DNA of 64,000 nucleotides from Alphaproteobacteria bacterium (GTDB lineage Bacteria; Pseudomonadota; Alphaproteobacteria; RF32; CAG-239): NCBI GenBank assembly GCA_015062435.1, contig SUUR01000005.1, positions 5,563 to 69,562 of the forward strand, read 5' to 3'. Shown piece by piece: positions 54,554 to 64,000 of this stretch (position 1 is its first letter; each line of letters starts with the position of its first letter). The notes under the pieces were generated by a model. It saw only the letters and a program-made list of their open reading frames with translations, ran no database searches and was not told where the DNA came from. The position numbers and the translations under genes were made by a program.

Positions 54554-55222
54554 TTAATTCAAACCCGTATATTTAGTTCGATAACCATAATTATTTTCAG
54601 GCCTTAATGCATTAGGATACATAGTATCGGTATAAATATCTTCTTGTAATTTTTTGATGATATCAAAAACTTTTCGATATTCTTCAATACTCTCTAAGGT
54701 TATACCGATACTTATGGGTCTGTCGTTTATTCTGACACCTGATTTACGCATATCTGCAATATTATTACTTGTTAAAATAACATCACCAACACCGAGAAAT
54801 TGATCTATGATCCCTCTGTGTATGTTTACTCTTGCCAATTCTGTAAACGGTTTCATATTGCAAGTGTACGAAAATAATCCGCCTGAATAATAAACACCTT
54901 TATCTGTAATGATATACTCAGTGTGTTTATATCTCCTGATTACAAATATTATGCCACCTATGTATATCCAAACAGGCATCATATGAAACAACATAAATAT
55001 AACCGGTATTACATAATGTATAATATTATTACTTTGGGTTTGGCTGATAGAATCGGCTAAAACAAAAAAATCTACCAGAAACCAAATTAGAGCTATCGGT
55101 AAAAGGGGGTTGAATATTCCTTCTAAAATATAACAACGCTTGTTGGGGCTTCCTTGCCATAAAATTTTTTCATCTTTGGAAACCATCAATCTTAATTCTG
55201 ATGTTGCATAATTATCAAACAT
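54554..55222 (-). CDS. Membrane protein with a bacterial PH (YdbS/YdbT-like, DUF304) domain
   Basis: ILWQGSPN, then two TM spans, then YIITDKGVYYSGGLFSYTCNMKPFTELARVNIHRGIIDQFLGVGDVILT, typical of the bPH_2 layout. Confidence 0.5.
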   Translation of the reverse strand: MFDNYATSELRLMVSKDEKILWQGSPNKRCYILEGIFNPLLPIALIWFLVDFFVLADSISQTQSNNIIHYVIPVIFMLFHMMPVWIYIGGIIFVIRRYKHTEYIITDKGVYYSGGLFSYTCNMKPFTELARVNIHRGIIDQFLGVGDVILTSNNIADMRKSGVRINDRPISIGITLESIEEYRKVFDIIKKLQEDIYTDTMYPNALRPENNYGYRTKYTGLN

Positions 55223-55259
55223 TTATCTCTTATCACCTCAAGAAACAATTGTTCTTTTA

Positions 55260-55336
55260 TGGCGTCAGCGGAGGGACTCGAACCCACTGCCCCAAGTTTA
55301 GGAAACTTGTGCTCTATCCTGATGAGCTACGCTGAC
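55260..55336 (-). tRNA. tRNA-Arg (anticodon CCU), CCA encoded
   Basis: Minus-strand reading: gtcagcg-ta-gctc...gagc-a-caagt-ttCCTaa-acttg-gggca-gtggg-ttcgagt-ccctc-cgctgac-g-cca. One U-U mismatch in the T stem. Confidence 0.85.
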
Positions 55337-55363
55337 GTCATTTTCTTTATAAACAAACCTTTA

Positions 55364-56473
55364 TTATTTGGCAAGTGCCAATTTCTCCAAAAACTTAATT
55401 TGTATATCTGCAATTTTAAGCACAGAATCCAACTCTACGTATTCACCATCAGCATGCATACCATCTCCACTGCCTGAGTGCATAATAACCGTTGATCCTC
55501 TTACGGCAAAAGCTCTGGAATCGGTGGCTCCTCCTTCATATTCAAACTCAAGTTTTTGACCTAAGATATCCTCTGCAAATGCCTTATAAGCTAAAATATA
55601 TTCATTATCTTCACTCATGACTACCGGCGTTGATGATGACACAATCTTGTATTCTACTCCGGATAACAAAGCATTATTAAGGTTTTTCTCCAGTTGTTCC
55701 AAAGTGCTGTTTTCCGTAAGACGAATATCACAAAGCGCCTCACAATAGTCACAAATCACATTAGCAACCTCTCCCCCGTTGATTTTGGCCACATGCATGG
55801 TATCTATCCATTTTTGCTCAGGAATCATACCTTCTTTTGAATAATACGGATAAATCTTTCGCAAATTTGCAATAGATTGCATCATCAATTCATTAGCATC
55901 TACACCGTCCCATGGACGTGAACCATGCGCAGCATCTCCTTTGGCTATAAGCTTTACAAAAACAGGATTTTTACACTTTACAATAAGTTTACTAATATCT
56001 CCACCAACATCATTATCTAAAACTATTTTTGCTCTTAAATCCGGATTGTGGTGCAAAAAAGCTTCCGTTCCTTTGCTTCCTTTTTCTTCATCGGAAGATA
56101 AAATCACCCCAAACTTCAAAGGAAGTTTTTGTTCTAATACATGTTGCATGGAATTTAGTGCTACTGCGGCAAATGATTTCATATCCAAAGAACCTCTTCC
56201 ATACATCTTTCCCGATGATATTGTAGGGATAAACATTTCTTCTTTGGCAGCAACAACATCTATGTGCCCTAAAACCAACACATCAAAATCTTGAGAATCC
56301 GTATTACGAATAAAAATTACCGGTGCTCCGAAAACTTGATCAAAAATATCTATTTTTGCATCAGTTGAAGAAAATAAATCTTTTATATAATTCATAACTT
56401 TGTTAATTTCTATTGAATTACCGGTTTCTGAACGAAATCGTATCAAATCTTGTGCTGTTTGAATGATATCCAT
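55364..56473 (-). CDS. M20-family metallopeptidase (ArgE/DapE-like deacylase)
   Basis: LIRFRSETGN, VLGHIDVV, GRGSLDMKS and SSDEEKGSKG motifs. Start taken at ATG 56473, preceded by gaaagg; the track start at 56488 is a TTG. Confidence 0.7.
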   Translation of the reverse strand: MDIIQTAQDLIRFRSETGNSIEINKVMNYIKDLFSSTDAKIDIFDQVFGAPVIFIRNTDSQDFDVLVLGHIDVVAAKEEMFIPTISSGKMYGRGSLDMKSFAAVALNSMQHVLEQKLPLKFGVILSSDEEKGSKGTEAFLHHNPDLRAKIVLDNDVGGDISKLIVKCKNPVFVKLIAKGDAAHGSRPWDGVDANELMMQSIANLRKIYPYYSKEGMIPEQKWIDTMHVAKINGGEVANVICDYCEALCDIRLTENSTLEQLEKNLNNALLSGVEYKIVSSSTPVVMSEDNEYILAYKAFAEDILGQKLEFEYEGGATDSRAFAVRGSTVIMHSGSGDGMHADGEYVELDSVLKIADIQIKFLEKLALAK

Positions 56474-56567
56474 TTTTTTTCCTTTCAAATTTCATTTTTT
56501 TACAATTTATTCACTTAATGACGTCATAATAAATTTAATTTAATAAAAAATATTTAAAGAGGGTGCT

Positions 56568-57074
56568 ATGAGAACTGTTTTGATGATTGTATCTGCTATA
56601 CTATTTGCAACCGGATTTGCCAACGCTCAAGAATCTACAGATAATACAGAAAAAGGTTTAAGCGTTCCTCGCTTTGTATCTTTGCGCTCCAACCACATAA
56701 ATGCACGCTCCGGTCCGGGAACAAGATATCCTATTGAGTGGGTTTATATGCAAGCTTCTGCTCCGGTGGAGATTATCGCAGAATTTGAATTGTGGAGAAA
56801 AATTAAAGATTGGCAAGGCTCTGAAAGTTGGGTGCATAAATCAATGCTCGCTGGTAAGCGTTTTGTGAAAGTTGTTGCACCTGGTGAAAATAATATTTAT
56901 GCAAAAGATGACTATAAAGCTAAAGTAATTGCAAAAGTAGAAGATGAGGTAATCGGAGAAATAAAAAAATGTCCGGTAAACAACAGCTTTTGTTTACTGC
57001 AATTTGATTCTATCAGTGGTTGGATGCCAAGACAAAATCTATACGGAATATATCCCGATGAAATTATAGATTAA
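56568..57074 (+). CDS. Secreted SH3b-like domain protein (alphaproteobacterial COG3807 type)
   Basis: Signal peptide, then PRFVSLRSNHINARSGPGTRYPIEWVYMQASAPVEIIAEFELWRKIKDWQGSESWVHKSML. Confidence 0.6.
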   Translation: MRTVLMIVSAILFATGFANAQESTDNTEKGLSVPRFVSLRSNHINARSGPGTRYPIEWVYMQASAPVEIIAEFELWRKIKDWQGSESWVHKSMLAGKRFVKVVAPGENNIYAKDDYKAKVIAKVEDEVIGEIKKCPVNNSFCLLQFDSISGWMPRQNLYGIYPDEIID

Positions 57075-57649
57075 AAAAGTTTTTCAGCACTCCATTGTCC
57101 ACTGTCATATATAATCTTATATAGAGCTGTGTTTGGCATGCGGTGAGGCATAATACCAAACTTCATTAACAGGTAGCGAATCGAACTTCCATGTGAGCAT
57201 ACTCCGACTATATCAGCATCTGATTTAAGTAAGCGTTGAAAAACGTTAAACATTCTATCTTGCATTTGCTGTTTGGTTTCTCCATCAGGAAAAGATATAT
57301 TCATATCGTTTTCTGGAGAATACCACGCTTGAAAAATATCAGGAAACATCTGTTCAACATCAGAATATATGCGCCCTTCAGCTTGTCCGAGATTACCCTC
57401 TCTTAAATCTGTAATGTAATTAATCGGAACGTTTAACTTTTCAGAGACAATACCGGCAGTTTGAACGGCTCTTTTAAGCCGGCTTGAATAAAGTTCTTTT
57501 ATTCCTAAATCTTGCAATTTATCCGCCAGAAGTCGAGCCTGCGCCATACCGTTATCATTTAACGGTGCATCTATACTGCAACCTTGCCAGCGCTTTTCAA
57601 TATTATAGTTTGTTTCTCCATGTCGAAACAAATAAAAAATCTTATACAT
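57071..57649 (-). CDS. Histidine phosphatase (phosphoglycerate mutase-like) family protein
   Basis: N-terminal FYLFRHGETNYN (RHG catalytic motif), with CSHGSSIRYLL near the C-terminus. Confidence 0.7.
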   Translation of the reverse strand: MYKIFYLFRHGETNYNIEKRWQGCSIDAPLNDNGMAQARLLADKLQDLGIKELYSSRLKRAVQTAGIVSEKLNVPINYITDLREGNLGQAEGRIYSDVEQMFPDIFQAWYSPENDMNISFPDGETKQQMQDRMFNVFQRLLKSDADIVGVCSHGSSIRYLLMKFGIMPHRMPNTALYKIIYDSGQWSAEKLF

Positions 57650-58433
57650 TAGCAGATACTTCTTCTATGGAAAATGACGGAAATAAGCCGGCTGCAACTT
57701 GTTGGTAATGAGTATTCCAACGACTGACCAAAAATTTATAATCATGATTTCTGCTCAAGCATATATCTATTTCAATATGACGCTTAAGATATGATGATAA
57801 CTTATTTCCCATAAGCTCATCTTGTGAAATGATTTGTACGAAGGGAAGTTCTCTACGGAAAAAATCTTTTAATAACGGGTAGTGTGTGCATCCTAAAATC
57901 AGAGAATCTACATTTTCAAATTCTTTGGCATACTCTTTTGCAAAATTTTCTGCTCTAGCAAAATCATTACTTTCTATCGCCGGAACCAATTCCGGTGTGG
58001 CAACTTCTTTAATTTGCAAATCAGGATTTATTTTCAATAATTCTTCCTGATAAATATGGGAACGAATCGTAGCATTGGTTGCAACTACTCCTATTTTTGA
58101 TGCTCCGTTTTGCAAAGCCTCTTCAACCGTAGGAATAACAACTCCCAAAACTTTTACATCAGGAGCATATTCCGGAATAAACCGTTGTTGTAAATAGCGC
58201 AGAGCTATCGAGGTGGCGGTATTACATGCAATAATTATAATCCCGCATTTTTGGCTAATCAAAAATTTAACAGCTTCTATTGAATAGCTTAAAATTTGTC
58301 CGGAAGTCTTTTCTCCATACGGTAAACGTGCCGTATCACCATAATATACATAATCATATTCAGGTAATGTATCTATAAAAGCTTTAGTAACAACTAATCC
58401 GCCTAAACCGGAATCAAAAACACCTATTTTCAT
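57642..58433 (-). CDS. murI: Glutamate racemase
   Basis: MKIGVFDSGLGGLVV...YYGDTARLPYGEKT...IIIACNTAT...LGCTHYPLL. Start set at the internal ATG 58433 because the longer track ORF runs through tRNA-Val. Confidence 0.85.
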   Translation of the reverse strand: MKIGVFDSGLGGLVVTKAFIDTLPEYDYVYYGDTARLPYGEKTSGQILSYSIEAVKFLISQKCGIIIIACNTATSIALRYLQQRFIPEYAPDVKVLGVVIPTVEEALQNGASKIGVVATNATIRSHIYQEELLKINPDLQIKEVATPELVPAIESNDFARAENFAKEYAKEFENVDSLILGCTHYPLLKDFFRRELPFVQIISQDELMGNKLSSYLKRHIEIDICLSRNHDYKFLVSRWNTHYQQVAAGLFPSFSIEEVSANV

Positions 58434-58461
58434 TATCAGCTCTTTACAACTAACAAATAAC

Positions 58462-58481
58462 AAAACCCGCATAAGCGGGTT
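58462..58481 (-). terminator. Terminator hairpin after tRNA-Val
   Basis: Minus-strand reading: aacccgc-ttat-gcgggtt, followed by ttgttatttgtt. Confidence 0.55.
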
Positions 58482-58486
58482 GATAG

Positions 58487-58562
58487 TGGTGGGTGTGGCT
58501 GGGATCGAACCAGCGACCCCTACGATGTCAACGTAGTGCTCATACCACTGAGCTACACACCC
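58487..58562 (-). tRNA. tRNA-Val (anticodon GAC), CCA encoded
   Basis: Minus-strand reading: gggtgtg-ta-gctcagtggtatgagc-a-ctacg-ttGACat-cgtag-gggtc-gctgg-ttcgatc-ccagc-cacaccc-a-cca. Confidence 0.9.
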
Positions 58563-58687
58563 TTGCCAGTTATTGTTACAATATAGTTTTAGTTTTGACA
58601 AGCTTTTTTACAAATAAATTAGTGAATAGTTAAGTTTTTTTGGCTATAATTATCTTTACCAACAATAAAATATCAGGACGGTGAAGT

Positions 58688-59575
58688 GTGACAAACAAAA
58701 AACTTGATTTTAGGGTAGATTATAAAAAACTACAAATTTTTGAAGAGTTTAATACTCAAGATCCTAAGTTCCCGATTGTGTTGTCATCTCCACACAGCGG
58801 AACTGTTTTTCCTAAAGAATTTCTGGATAACGTTGCGCTAACTAAAGATGAACTACGTTCTTCTGAGGATAGTTTTGTTTCTGAAATTGTTATGAACGCA
58901 TCTGATGCCGGAATTCCTCTCATAAGTATGAATATTCCCAGAACATTCATAGATGTTAATCGTGACAAAATAGAAATAGACGAATCCATGTTTTTTGACT
59001 CCCCAAAAAACTCTGATATTGCAGAATGCCGTCGGTGTAGGGTAGGATTAGGTATCATTCACAGAGTAGTATATCCTAACAAAAATATTTATAACGGACT
59101 GTTATCTCATGAAGAAGGAATGAACAGAATCAAGTTTGTTTATGAACCGTATCACAAGCGATTAAAGCAATTGGTTGATAAGTGTGTACGTAAGTTCGGG
59201 TTTTGTTTATTAATAGATTGTCACTCAATGCCCTCCATGATTTGTAATTTTATTGATGACGATAAAAAGCTAAGTTTTTGTCTCTGTACCCTGTTTGATG
59301 AAAGTTGTCCGACACAAGTATCTGAATTTCTAAGCAAAGCTTTGGAAGAATACGGACACTTGGTGGAGTTTAACAGACCTTATGCAGGAGCATATATTGC
59401 CTTTAATTATTGCCAACCTCGTAAAAACATATACACTTTACAATTGGAAATAAACAGAGATTTGTATATGGACGAGAAAACTTTTGAAAAAAAAGCTGAT
59501 TTTCAAATAATTAGCAAGCAAATCTGCCAAAGTATATTGAGACTGGGCAATTTTTTACTGGATTTTAAAAAATAA
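58688..59575 (+). CDS. N-formylglutamate amidohydrolase family protein
   Basis: SSPHSGTVFP, FIDVNRD and LLIDCHSMPS motifs characteristic of the FGase family. GTG start, position uncertain. Confidence 0.6.
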   Translation: MTNKKLDFRVDYKKLQIFEEFNTQDPKFPIVLSSPHSGTVFPKEFLDNVALTKDELRSSEDSFVSEIVMNASDAGIPLISMNIPRTFIDVNRDKIEIDESMFFDSPKNSDIAECRRCRVGLGIIHRVVYPNKNIYNGLLSHEEGMNRIKFVYEPYHKRLKQLVDKCVRKFGFCLLIDCHSMPSMICNFIDDDKKLSFCLCTLFDESCPTQVSEFLSKALEEYGHLVEFNRPYAGAYIAFNYCQPRKNIYTLQLEINRDLYMDEKTFEKKADFQIISKQICQSILRLGNFLLDFKK

Positions 59576-59772
59576 ATATGTTATAAGCCCTTCTTGTTTT
59601 GAAACTATTTGTTAATATTTAATGCAAATAGGCGAGGTTTTGTTTGGCCGTTAGCTCAACAAAATCATGTATAACCAACCTTAGACTATTTTTTGTTTTG
59701 CCGTGTGGCAAGTTGAAATTGGCATATTTTTTGCATCGGGATACTTGTTGGCTAGCCTAAGGGAGCAGAGGG

Positions 59773-60516
59773 ATGCGACTTATCGTATCAATAAATTTGA
59801 TGTTTTTGTTATTATTGCTGATGTTTATTCAGCCGGTACAAGCTCGAGCTTATGTCGAATTTAGAGATGATGCTCTGGTTTGTATGAAAGCAACACAAAA
59901 ATTTGAAGAAAAATACCAAATAAAGAAACACCTGTTAAGCACAATAGCTAATGTAGAAACCGGAAAATGGAACGAAAAGCACCAACAAAAGTTGGCTTGG
60001 CCATGGACGGTTAATGCTCAAGGAAAAGGTACATTCTTTAAAACTAAGGCCGAAGCAGTGCGAGAGGTTAAAAGACTTCAAGCCAAAGGCATAAAAAGCA
60101 TTGATGTCGGCTGTATGCAAATTAACTTAGCTTATCACCCAGATGCGTTTAAAAATGTTGAAGAAGCTTTTAACCCGCAAAAAAATGTGGAGTACGGAGC
60201 AAGATTTTTAAAATCTCTGTATAAAAGAAAAGGTAATAACTGGATAAAAGCAGCAACTTCATATCATTCTAGCGTACCCAGAAAAGCAAACATTTACAAA
60301 AAGAAATTGGCAGATGCTTATGCTGACATAAAACAAGCTCTGAGCGAAACTAATAAACTTTTCGGGAAATCAGGGCAAAAAGCAGCTAAAAAACTTGCAA
60401 CAAAAAAAGCTTATGATAAAAACAGAATTATCGTAGAACAAAATGTTGCAACAAAGGCCAATGCTTGGCGAGAAGCTAAATTGAACGAATATCGTCAAAA
60501 TAAGGTCTCTAATTAA
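59773..60516 (+). CDS. Secreted lytic transglycosylase (SLT domain)
   Basis: Signal peptide, then LLSTIANVETGKW...WPWTVNAQGKGTFF...DVGCMQINLAYH...YGARFLKSLY...ATSYHS. Confidence 0.65.
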   Translation: MRLIVSINLMFLLLLLMFIQPVQARAYVEFRDDALVCMKATQKFEEKYQIKKHLLSTIANVETGKWNEKHQQKLAWPWTVNAQGKGTFFKTKAEAVREVKRLQAKGIKSIDVGCMQINLAYHPDAFKNVEEAFNPQKNVEYGARFLKSLYKRKGNNWIKAATSYHSSVPRKANIYKKKLADAYADIKQALSETNKLFGKSGQKAAKKLATKKAYDKNRIIVEQNVATKANAWREAKLNEYRQNKVSN

Positions 60517-60530
60517 GTTATTGGGGAATT

Positions 60531-62039
60531 ATGTCCGGATATTTTTCAGAATGTGGTCTATATTGGCGCCCTCTCGGGGGTAACAATATAGACCAAATTA
60601 GCGGACATTGTTATCAATATACAGATATAAAAAAATCAAAATCAGGTATAAAAGCATCTACAATAATCGTTGATATCGGAAAGTTCGATAACCATCAGGC
60701 ATTAGGAATAAAAAATTCAGTGGCAGCCGTTCCTGATATCCGAGAGCTTTTAAACACACCGTTACTATCTCCTGAAGCAATTTTTCTGACACATTCTCAT
60801 CCAGACCATCTTAATGGAATAATTCATTATGTGAATGCCGGTTATAAATTACCTGAATTATATGGAGGGAAGTATACAAAGTTAATACTTGACGAACTAT
60901 ATACCGAATACAACATTCCTATCGAAAATCAACCTAATTTCAATTTAATAAATAGTGGCAACAAGATTAAATGCGGCTCTTTTATTATTGAAATTATTCC
61001 ATCATCACATACATGTTTTGACTCTTTCGGCTTAATTATAACCAATCATGAGGGGATTAAAGTTTATCATACCGGTGATATGAAAACGGATAACAGCACC
61101 TACTTCAGAAAACCGACAGATTTAAAAAGGCTCTCACAATTAAGCGGAAAAATTAACTTTGCAGTTACTGATTTTTATGGCGTCACAGATGACGGATTTG
61201 CTGTTAGAGAAGTTGATACATTTAAAAAATTAGTACAAATAATCAAAACATCTAAACGTAAAAAAATTTTTATTCCGGTATACCCAACTCACGCTGAAAT
61301 GTATATTATTGCGTTTTTAGCCGCTCTTAAAACTAAAAAAAATGTCATTTTCTATGGAAACAATGATTTTTACAGTTACCTTAACTTGATAAAAAATTAT
61401 GGAATTGACTTTCAAAAAATTGCAAAAAAACAAATCAAAGTAATTATCGGAACACCTAATGAAATAAAAGATTTTGATGATAATTTTGCAGTTATCGGAA
61501 CTTTTAATACTTTGGGTAATTATTTTAAGGAAAAACCATCTGACAGTTTGGGGATTATCACTTCAGGAACATTTTTTAACCCTTTGAGAGGACAATTAAA
61601 TGCTCGAAACATTCCCTTTGTGGGGGTTAAAGATTATCCGGTATTGCAAGGATGCGGACATGGGGCATGGGGCGACATTGAAAAAATCAATTCAATTCTT
61701 AACGGACCTTGTTTTATACCGACTCATTGCCCGACATACGTGATAGACGGGTGTAGACAATTAGCTTGCGAAACTAACATTAAAATTGCCTCACCAACTC
61801 CTCAAAATAATCACGTATATAAACTTTCAAAAAGTTCTTTTGAAGAAATTTCTCAACAACCGGCATCTTGGTTGGTTGCCAATTATAGTTCCGGAAAAGC
61901 CATTTTAACCGAAGTATGGCAAACACCAACTTCCGGTATGGGTTTTTTGAAAAGAACTTTGAGCAAACGGAGATGTTATAATAAATTTAAAACCATGCTT
62001 TATAAACGCCAAAAATTAAGGAACAAATCATGCCTTTGA
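60531..62039 (+). CDS. Metallo-beta-lactamase fold hydrolase, RNase J-like
   Basis: HxHxDH motif (THSHPDHLNG), followed by HTGD and GHG further on. Size and layout are compatible with a beta-CASP ribonuclease. Confidence 0.55.
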   Translation: MSGYFSECGLYWRPLGGNNIDQISGHCYQYTDIKKSKSGIKASTIIVDIGKFDNHQALGIKNSVAAVPDIRELLNTPLLSPEAIFLTHSHPDHLNGIIHYVNAGYKLPELYGGKYTKLILDELYTEYNIPIENQPNFNLINSGNKIKCGSFIIEIIPSSHTCFDSFGLIITNHEGIKVYHTGDMKTDNSTYFRKPTDLKRLSQLSGKINFAVTDFYGVTDDGFAVREVDTFKKLVQIIKTSKRKKIFIPVYPTHAEMYIIAFLAALKTKKNVIFYGNNDFYSYLNLIKNYGIDFQKIAKKQIKVIIGTPNEIKDFDDNFAVIGTFNTLGNYFKEKPSDSLGIITSGTFFNPLRGQLNARNIPFVGVKDYPVLQGCGHGAWGDIEKINSILNGPCFIPTHCPTYVIDGCRQLACETNIKIASPTPQNNHVYKLSKSSFEEISQQPASWLVANYSSGKAILTEVWQTPTSGMGFLKRTLSKRRCYNKFKTMLYKRQKLRNKSCL

Positions 62040-62767
62040 TGAAATTTGCCAATAACTATGACATCAGAACTTATGAATGTGATCGAAACAATAATTTGCG
62101 CATCTTAACTTTATTGAATATTTTTCAAGATATGGCAGATAATCATGCCAAAGAAATGGGGTTAGGAATTGAATATGTGTTATCAAAAGGATTGGCTTGG
62201 GTAGGTTCTAACTATGTATTAAACATCAGTCGGCTTCCTAAAGTACACGAAAAAATCAAAATCGAAACTTGGCCATCTGAAGAAAAAAGGATTGGAGCTA
62301 TCCGTGATTTTGAGGTGTTTGGAGAAAACGGACAAAGCATTATTCAAGCGACCAGCCAATGGATATTAATTGATTACAGAAAAAAACGACCGGTCAGCTT
62401 GAAAGAAAATTTACCGGAATATGAAGTGCTACCTGTTCATGCTTTGCAAACAGATTTTCCTAAAATACCGGAGATAGAAAGAGTCGATGAAGAAGCAAAG
62501 TTTCGTGTCAGATTTGATGATATTGATATGAACAGACATGTTAATAATGCCGTATATCTCCTTTGGGCTTGTGAATCCGTAGAATCTGAATTCAGACTTA
62601 CTCATAACCCGAAACATATAGAAGTATCTTTTAAAAAAGAAGGATATATGGGGGAAAAAATAAAGGTATTTACCCAAATCGAAGGATTACATACATTTCA
62701 TAGTATTTGTACTTATGATGGTAAAGACGATCGAGAATTAGCAAGAGCATATATCGAATGGGAATAA
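62030..62767 (+). CDS. Acyl-ACP thioesterase family protein
   Basis: YDIRTYECDRNNNLRILTLLNIFQDMADNHA...GLAWVGSNYVLNI...RFDDIDMNRHVNNAVYLLW: a double hot-dog layout. Overlaps the upstream gene by 10 nt. Confidence 0.6.
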   Translation: MPLMKFANNYDIRTYECDRNNNLRILTLLNIFQDMADNHAKEMGLGIEYVLSKGLAWVGSNYVLNISRLPKVHEKIKIETWPSEEKRIGAIRDFEVFGENGQSIIQATSQWILIDYRKKRPVSLKENLPEYEVLPVHALQTDFPKIPEIERVDEEAKFRVRFDDIDMNRHVNNAVYLLWACESVESEFRLTHNPKHIEVSFKKEGYMGEKIKVFTQIEGLHTFHSICTYDGKDDRELARAYIEWE

Positions 62768-62771
62768 AAAT

Positions 62772-62799
62772 AAGACGGCAAAGTATGTTATGCCGTCTT
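62772..62799. terminator. Bidirectional terminator hairpin between convergent genes
   Basis: aagacggca-(10 nt)-tgccgtctt: a perfect 9-bp stem located between the stops at 62767 and 62803. Confidence 0.6.
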
Positions 62800-62802
62800 T
62801 GT

Positions 62803-63207
62803 CTAATCATTAATTTTGCTTCTTATTTTTCGATAAAGCATCGATAATTCTTTTTGAGGAGAGATATACATTTTATCCTCCATGATGCTACTAAGCTTAT
62901 CCAGACTGTCTTTTTCAAGAAAATCTAAAAAAGCCATACAATCCTCATAAGACGCAGAAAGCAACCACTCAATTATCATTTCCGGACTTTTATAGCCATG
63001 CTCTTGCATTAGCTGAACATGCCGTGCATACTCTTTATTATTTATGGAATATAGTATCCCGAAAATAATAAAAATAATTAAACCAACCAGAAAAGTGGTA
63101 ACATTCAAAATAATAAAAAATCCCAATATCATCAGCACAATGCTTATTAAAAGCATTTGTCCATAACGATTGTTTGCGTGTTTTAATTTTAAAACATCTG
63201 TTTTCAT
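62803..63207 (-). CDS. Hypothetical small membrane protein
   Basis: 134 aa with two adjacent hydrophobic spans (MLLISIVLMILGFFIILNV; FLVGLIIFIIFGILYSI). No motif recognised. Confidence 0.4.
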   Translation of the reverse strand: MKTDVLKLKHANNRYGQMLLISIVLMILGFFIILNVTTFLVGLIIFIIFGILYSINNKEYARHVQLMQEHGYKSPEMIIEWLLSASYEDCMAFLDFLEKDSLDKLSSIMEDKMYISPQKELSMLYRKIRSKIND

Positions 63208-63369
63208 AATAATTACATTTAATTTGTTAATACTTGAATTAGAATTAAAATTTATCCTATCGAAATCTATTTATCAAGTATTTTATGTGTAAATATTCAG
63301 TGTTTCCGATTTCAATTAAAAACACATAACCGACGGCGAAGTATGAAATATTACATATTGACTATTAAA

Positions 63370-64000
63370 CTATATTTCATCATCTGGACACATGCAAACT
63401 CCAAGATTAAAGCAGTAAGAATGCCAGCTTTCTTGATATCCGTTTTCACACCAGTCAAGGCAATCATATTCTACATCATCACAGCAATATTCATAGCAAT
63501 CACAATCAGATATCTTGCCTACCTTTTTGCTACAAGAACCTTGATAACATACGTTATCGCACCACTCATCTAAACAATCGTAACAACCACAACCTTCATC
63601 ATACAATCCAGGGTGTTCACAGCCATCAACACAACCGGAACAATCACATTCTAAACATACTCCACATTCGTTATCATAATCAGCGCAATTATTTAAACAA
63701 TCCAAATGTTCTGCATGATAGCATGGATCATATTCACAAGTGTTACCCTTTTTATTGTACCCTGATTTACAACTGTCTAGTTTATATTTAGTGACATTAC
63801 CACATTTGTAATCAGAGCAAGTACCGTTGGCATCACAATTGCTTAAAGGATAATTTGCAAAATTACAAGCATTGCAAGTTAAACCGTCGGAACTGAGTTC
63901 ATAACTGTTTTGACAACCGTCTAATTTGTATTGAGTTGTGCCTCCACATTCAAATTCTGTACAATTACCTCCGGTAGGGCATTCGGTTAAAGGATATTCG
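63370..64000 (-). CDS. Cys-rich repeat protein, 5' end beyond the window (the track shows only the last 111 aa)
   Basis: The frame ending at 63370 stays open to the window edge: ...EYPLTECPTGGNCTEFECGGTTQYKLDGCQNSYELSSDGLTCNACNFANYPLSNCDANGTCSDYKCGNVTKYKLDSCKSGYNKKGNTCEYDPCYHAEHLDCLNNCADYDNECGVCLECDCSGCVDGCEH...CMCPDDEI. The track start is only a TTG inside this frame. Confidence 0.6.
   Translation of the reverse strand, partial: EYPLTECPTGGNCTEFECGGTTQYKLDGCQNSYELSSDGLTCNACNFANYPLSNCDANGTCSDYKCGNVTKYKLDSCKSGYNKKGNTCEYDPCYHAEHLDCLNNCADYDNECGVCLECDCSGCVDGCEHPGLYDEGCGCYDCLDEWCDNVCYQGSCSKKVGKISDCDCYEYCCDDVEYDCLDWCENGYQESWHSYCFNLGVCMCPDDEI

Noticed and set aside
55259..55477. 72-aa plus-strand ORF
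   Set aside because: It overlaps tRNA-Arg(CCU) on the opposite strand and the 3' end of the M20 peptidase gene, and has no RBS or motif.
58434..58601. N-terminal 56-codon extension of the murI ORF
   Set aside because: The extension runs through tRNA-Val(GAC) and its terminator. The canonical MurI N-terminus MKIGVFDSGLGG starts at the internal ATG 58433.
59576..59772. Long 5' leader upstream of the SLT transglycosylase gene, considered as a riboswitch or sRNA
   Set aside because: I could not recognise any known riboswitch consensus or a convincing conserved fold by eye. This would need covariance-model scanning (Rfam).

Overview
AT-rich bacterial chromosomal segment. Gene content and synteny suggest an intracellular alphaproteobacterium (Rickettsiales/Holosporales-like), but this is inferred and not verified. 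About 51 kb of the 64 kb is one secretion and pilus super-locus with four parts. (i) Four tandem, translationally coupled VirB6-like genes (1-7299, minus strand); one has a LytM/M23 peptidase domain embedded in it. (ii) A plus-strand block (7561-13393) with a dual-HTH XRE regulator carrying an S24-like C-terminus, then four uncharacterised genes, including a short secretin-like lipoprotein. (iii) A long minus-strand P-type T4SS gene set (13405-40388). Its order is virB2-like x2, a 771-aa protein with an embedded pilin domain, virB3, virB4, five secreted coiled-coil proteins, virB8-like, virB7-like, virB8, virB9 with a SPOR-like tail, a 1338-aa repeat protein, a 1511-aa VirB10, and virB11. (iv) A divergently transcribed type IVb pilus cluster (40654-51437) in IncI1 R64 PilL/N/O/P/Q/R/S order. 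The remaining 51.5-64 kb is mostly housekeeping: gpsA, murI, an M20 peptidase, a histidine phosphatase, an N-formylglutamate amidohydrolase-like gene, an SLT transglycosylase, an MBL-fold RNase J-like gene, an acyl-ACP thioesterase, and tRNA-Ser(GGA), tRNA-Arg(CCU) and tRNA-Val(GAC). The window ends inside a Cys-rich repeat protein. The most unusual signal is that this T4SS is heavily expanded. Arrays of a 17-residue repeat fill a 1338-aa ORF and the first ~1000 aa of VirB10. Peptidoglycan-related modules (M23, SPOR) are fused to core subunits. A pilin domain sits inside a giant coiled-coil protein. Five secreted coiled-coil proteins occupy the VirB5/VirB6 slot. A near-identical 38-nt element lies upstream of two of the operons. 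No VirD4, VirB1, relaxase or integrase is visible in the window. All calls rest on motifs read by eye and on gene order; no database search was possible.
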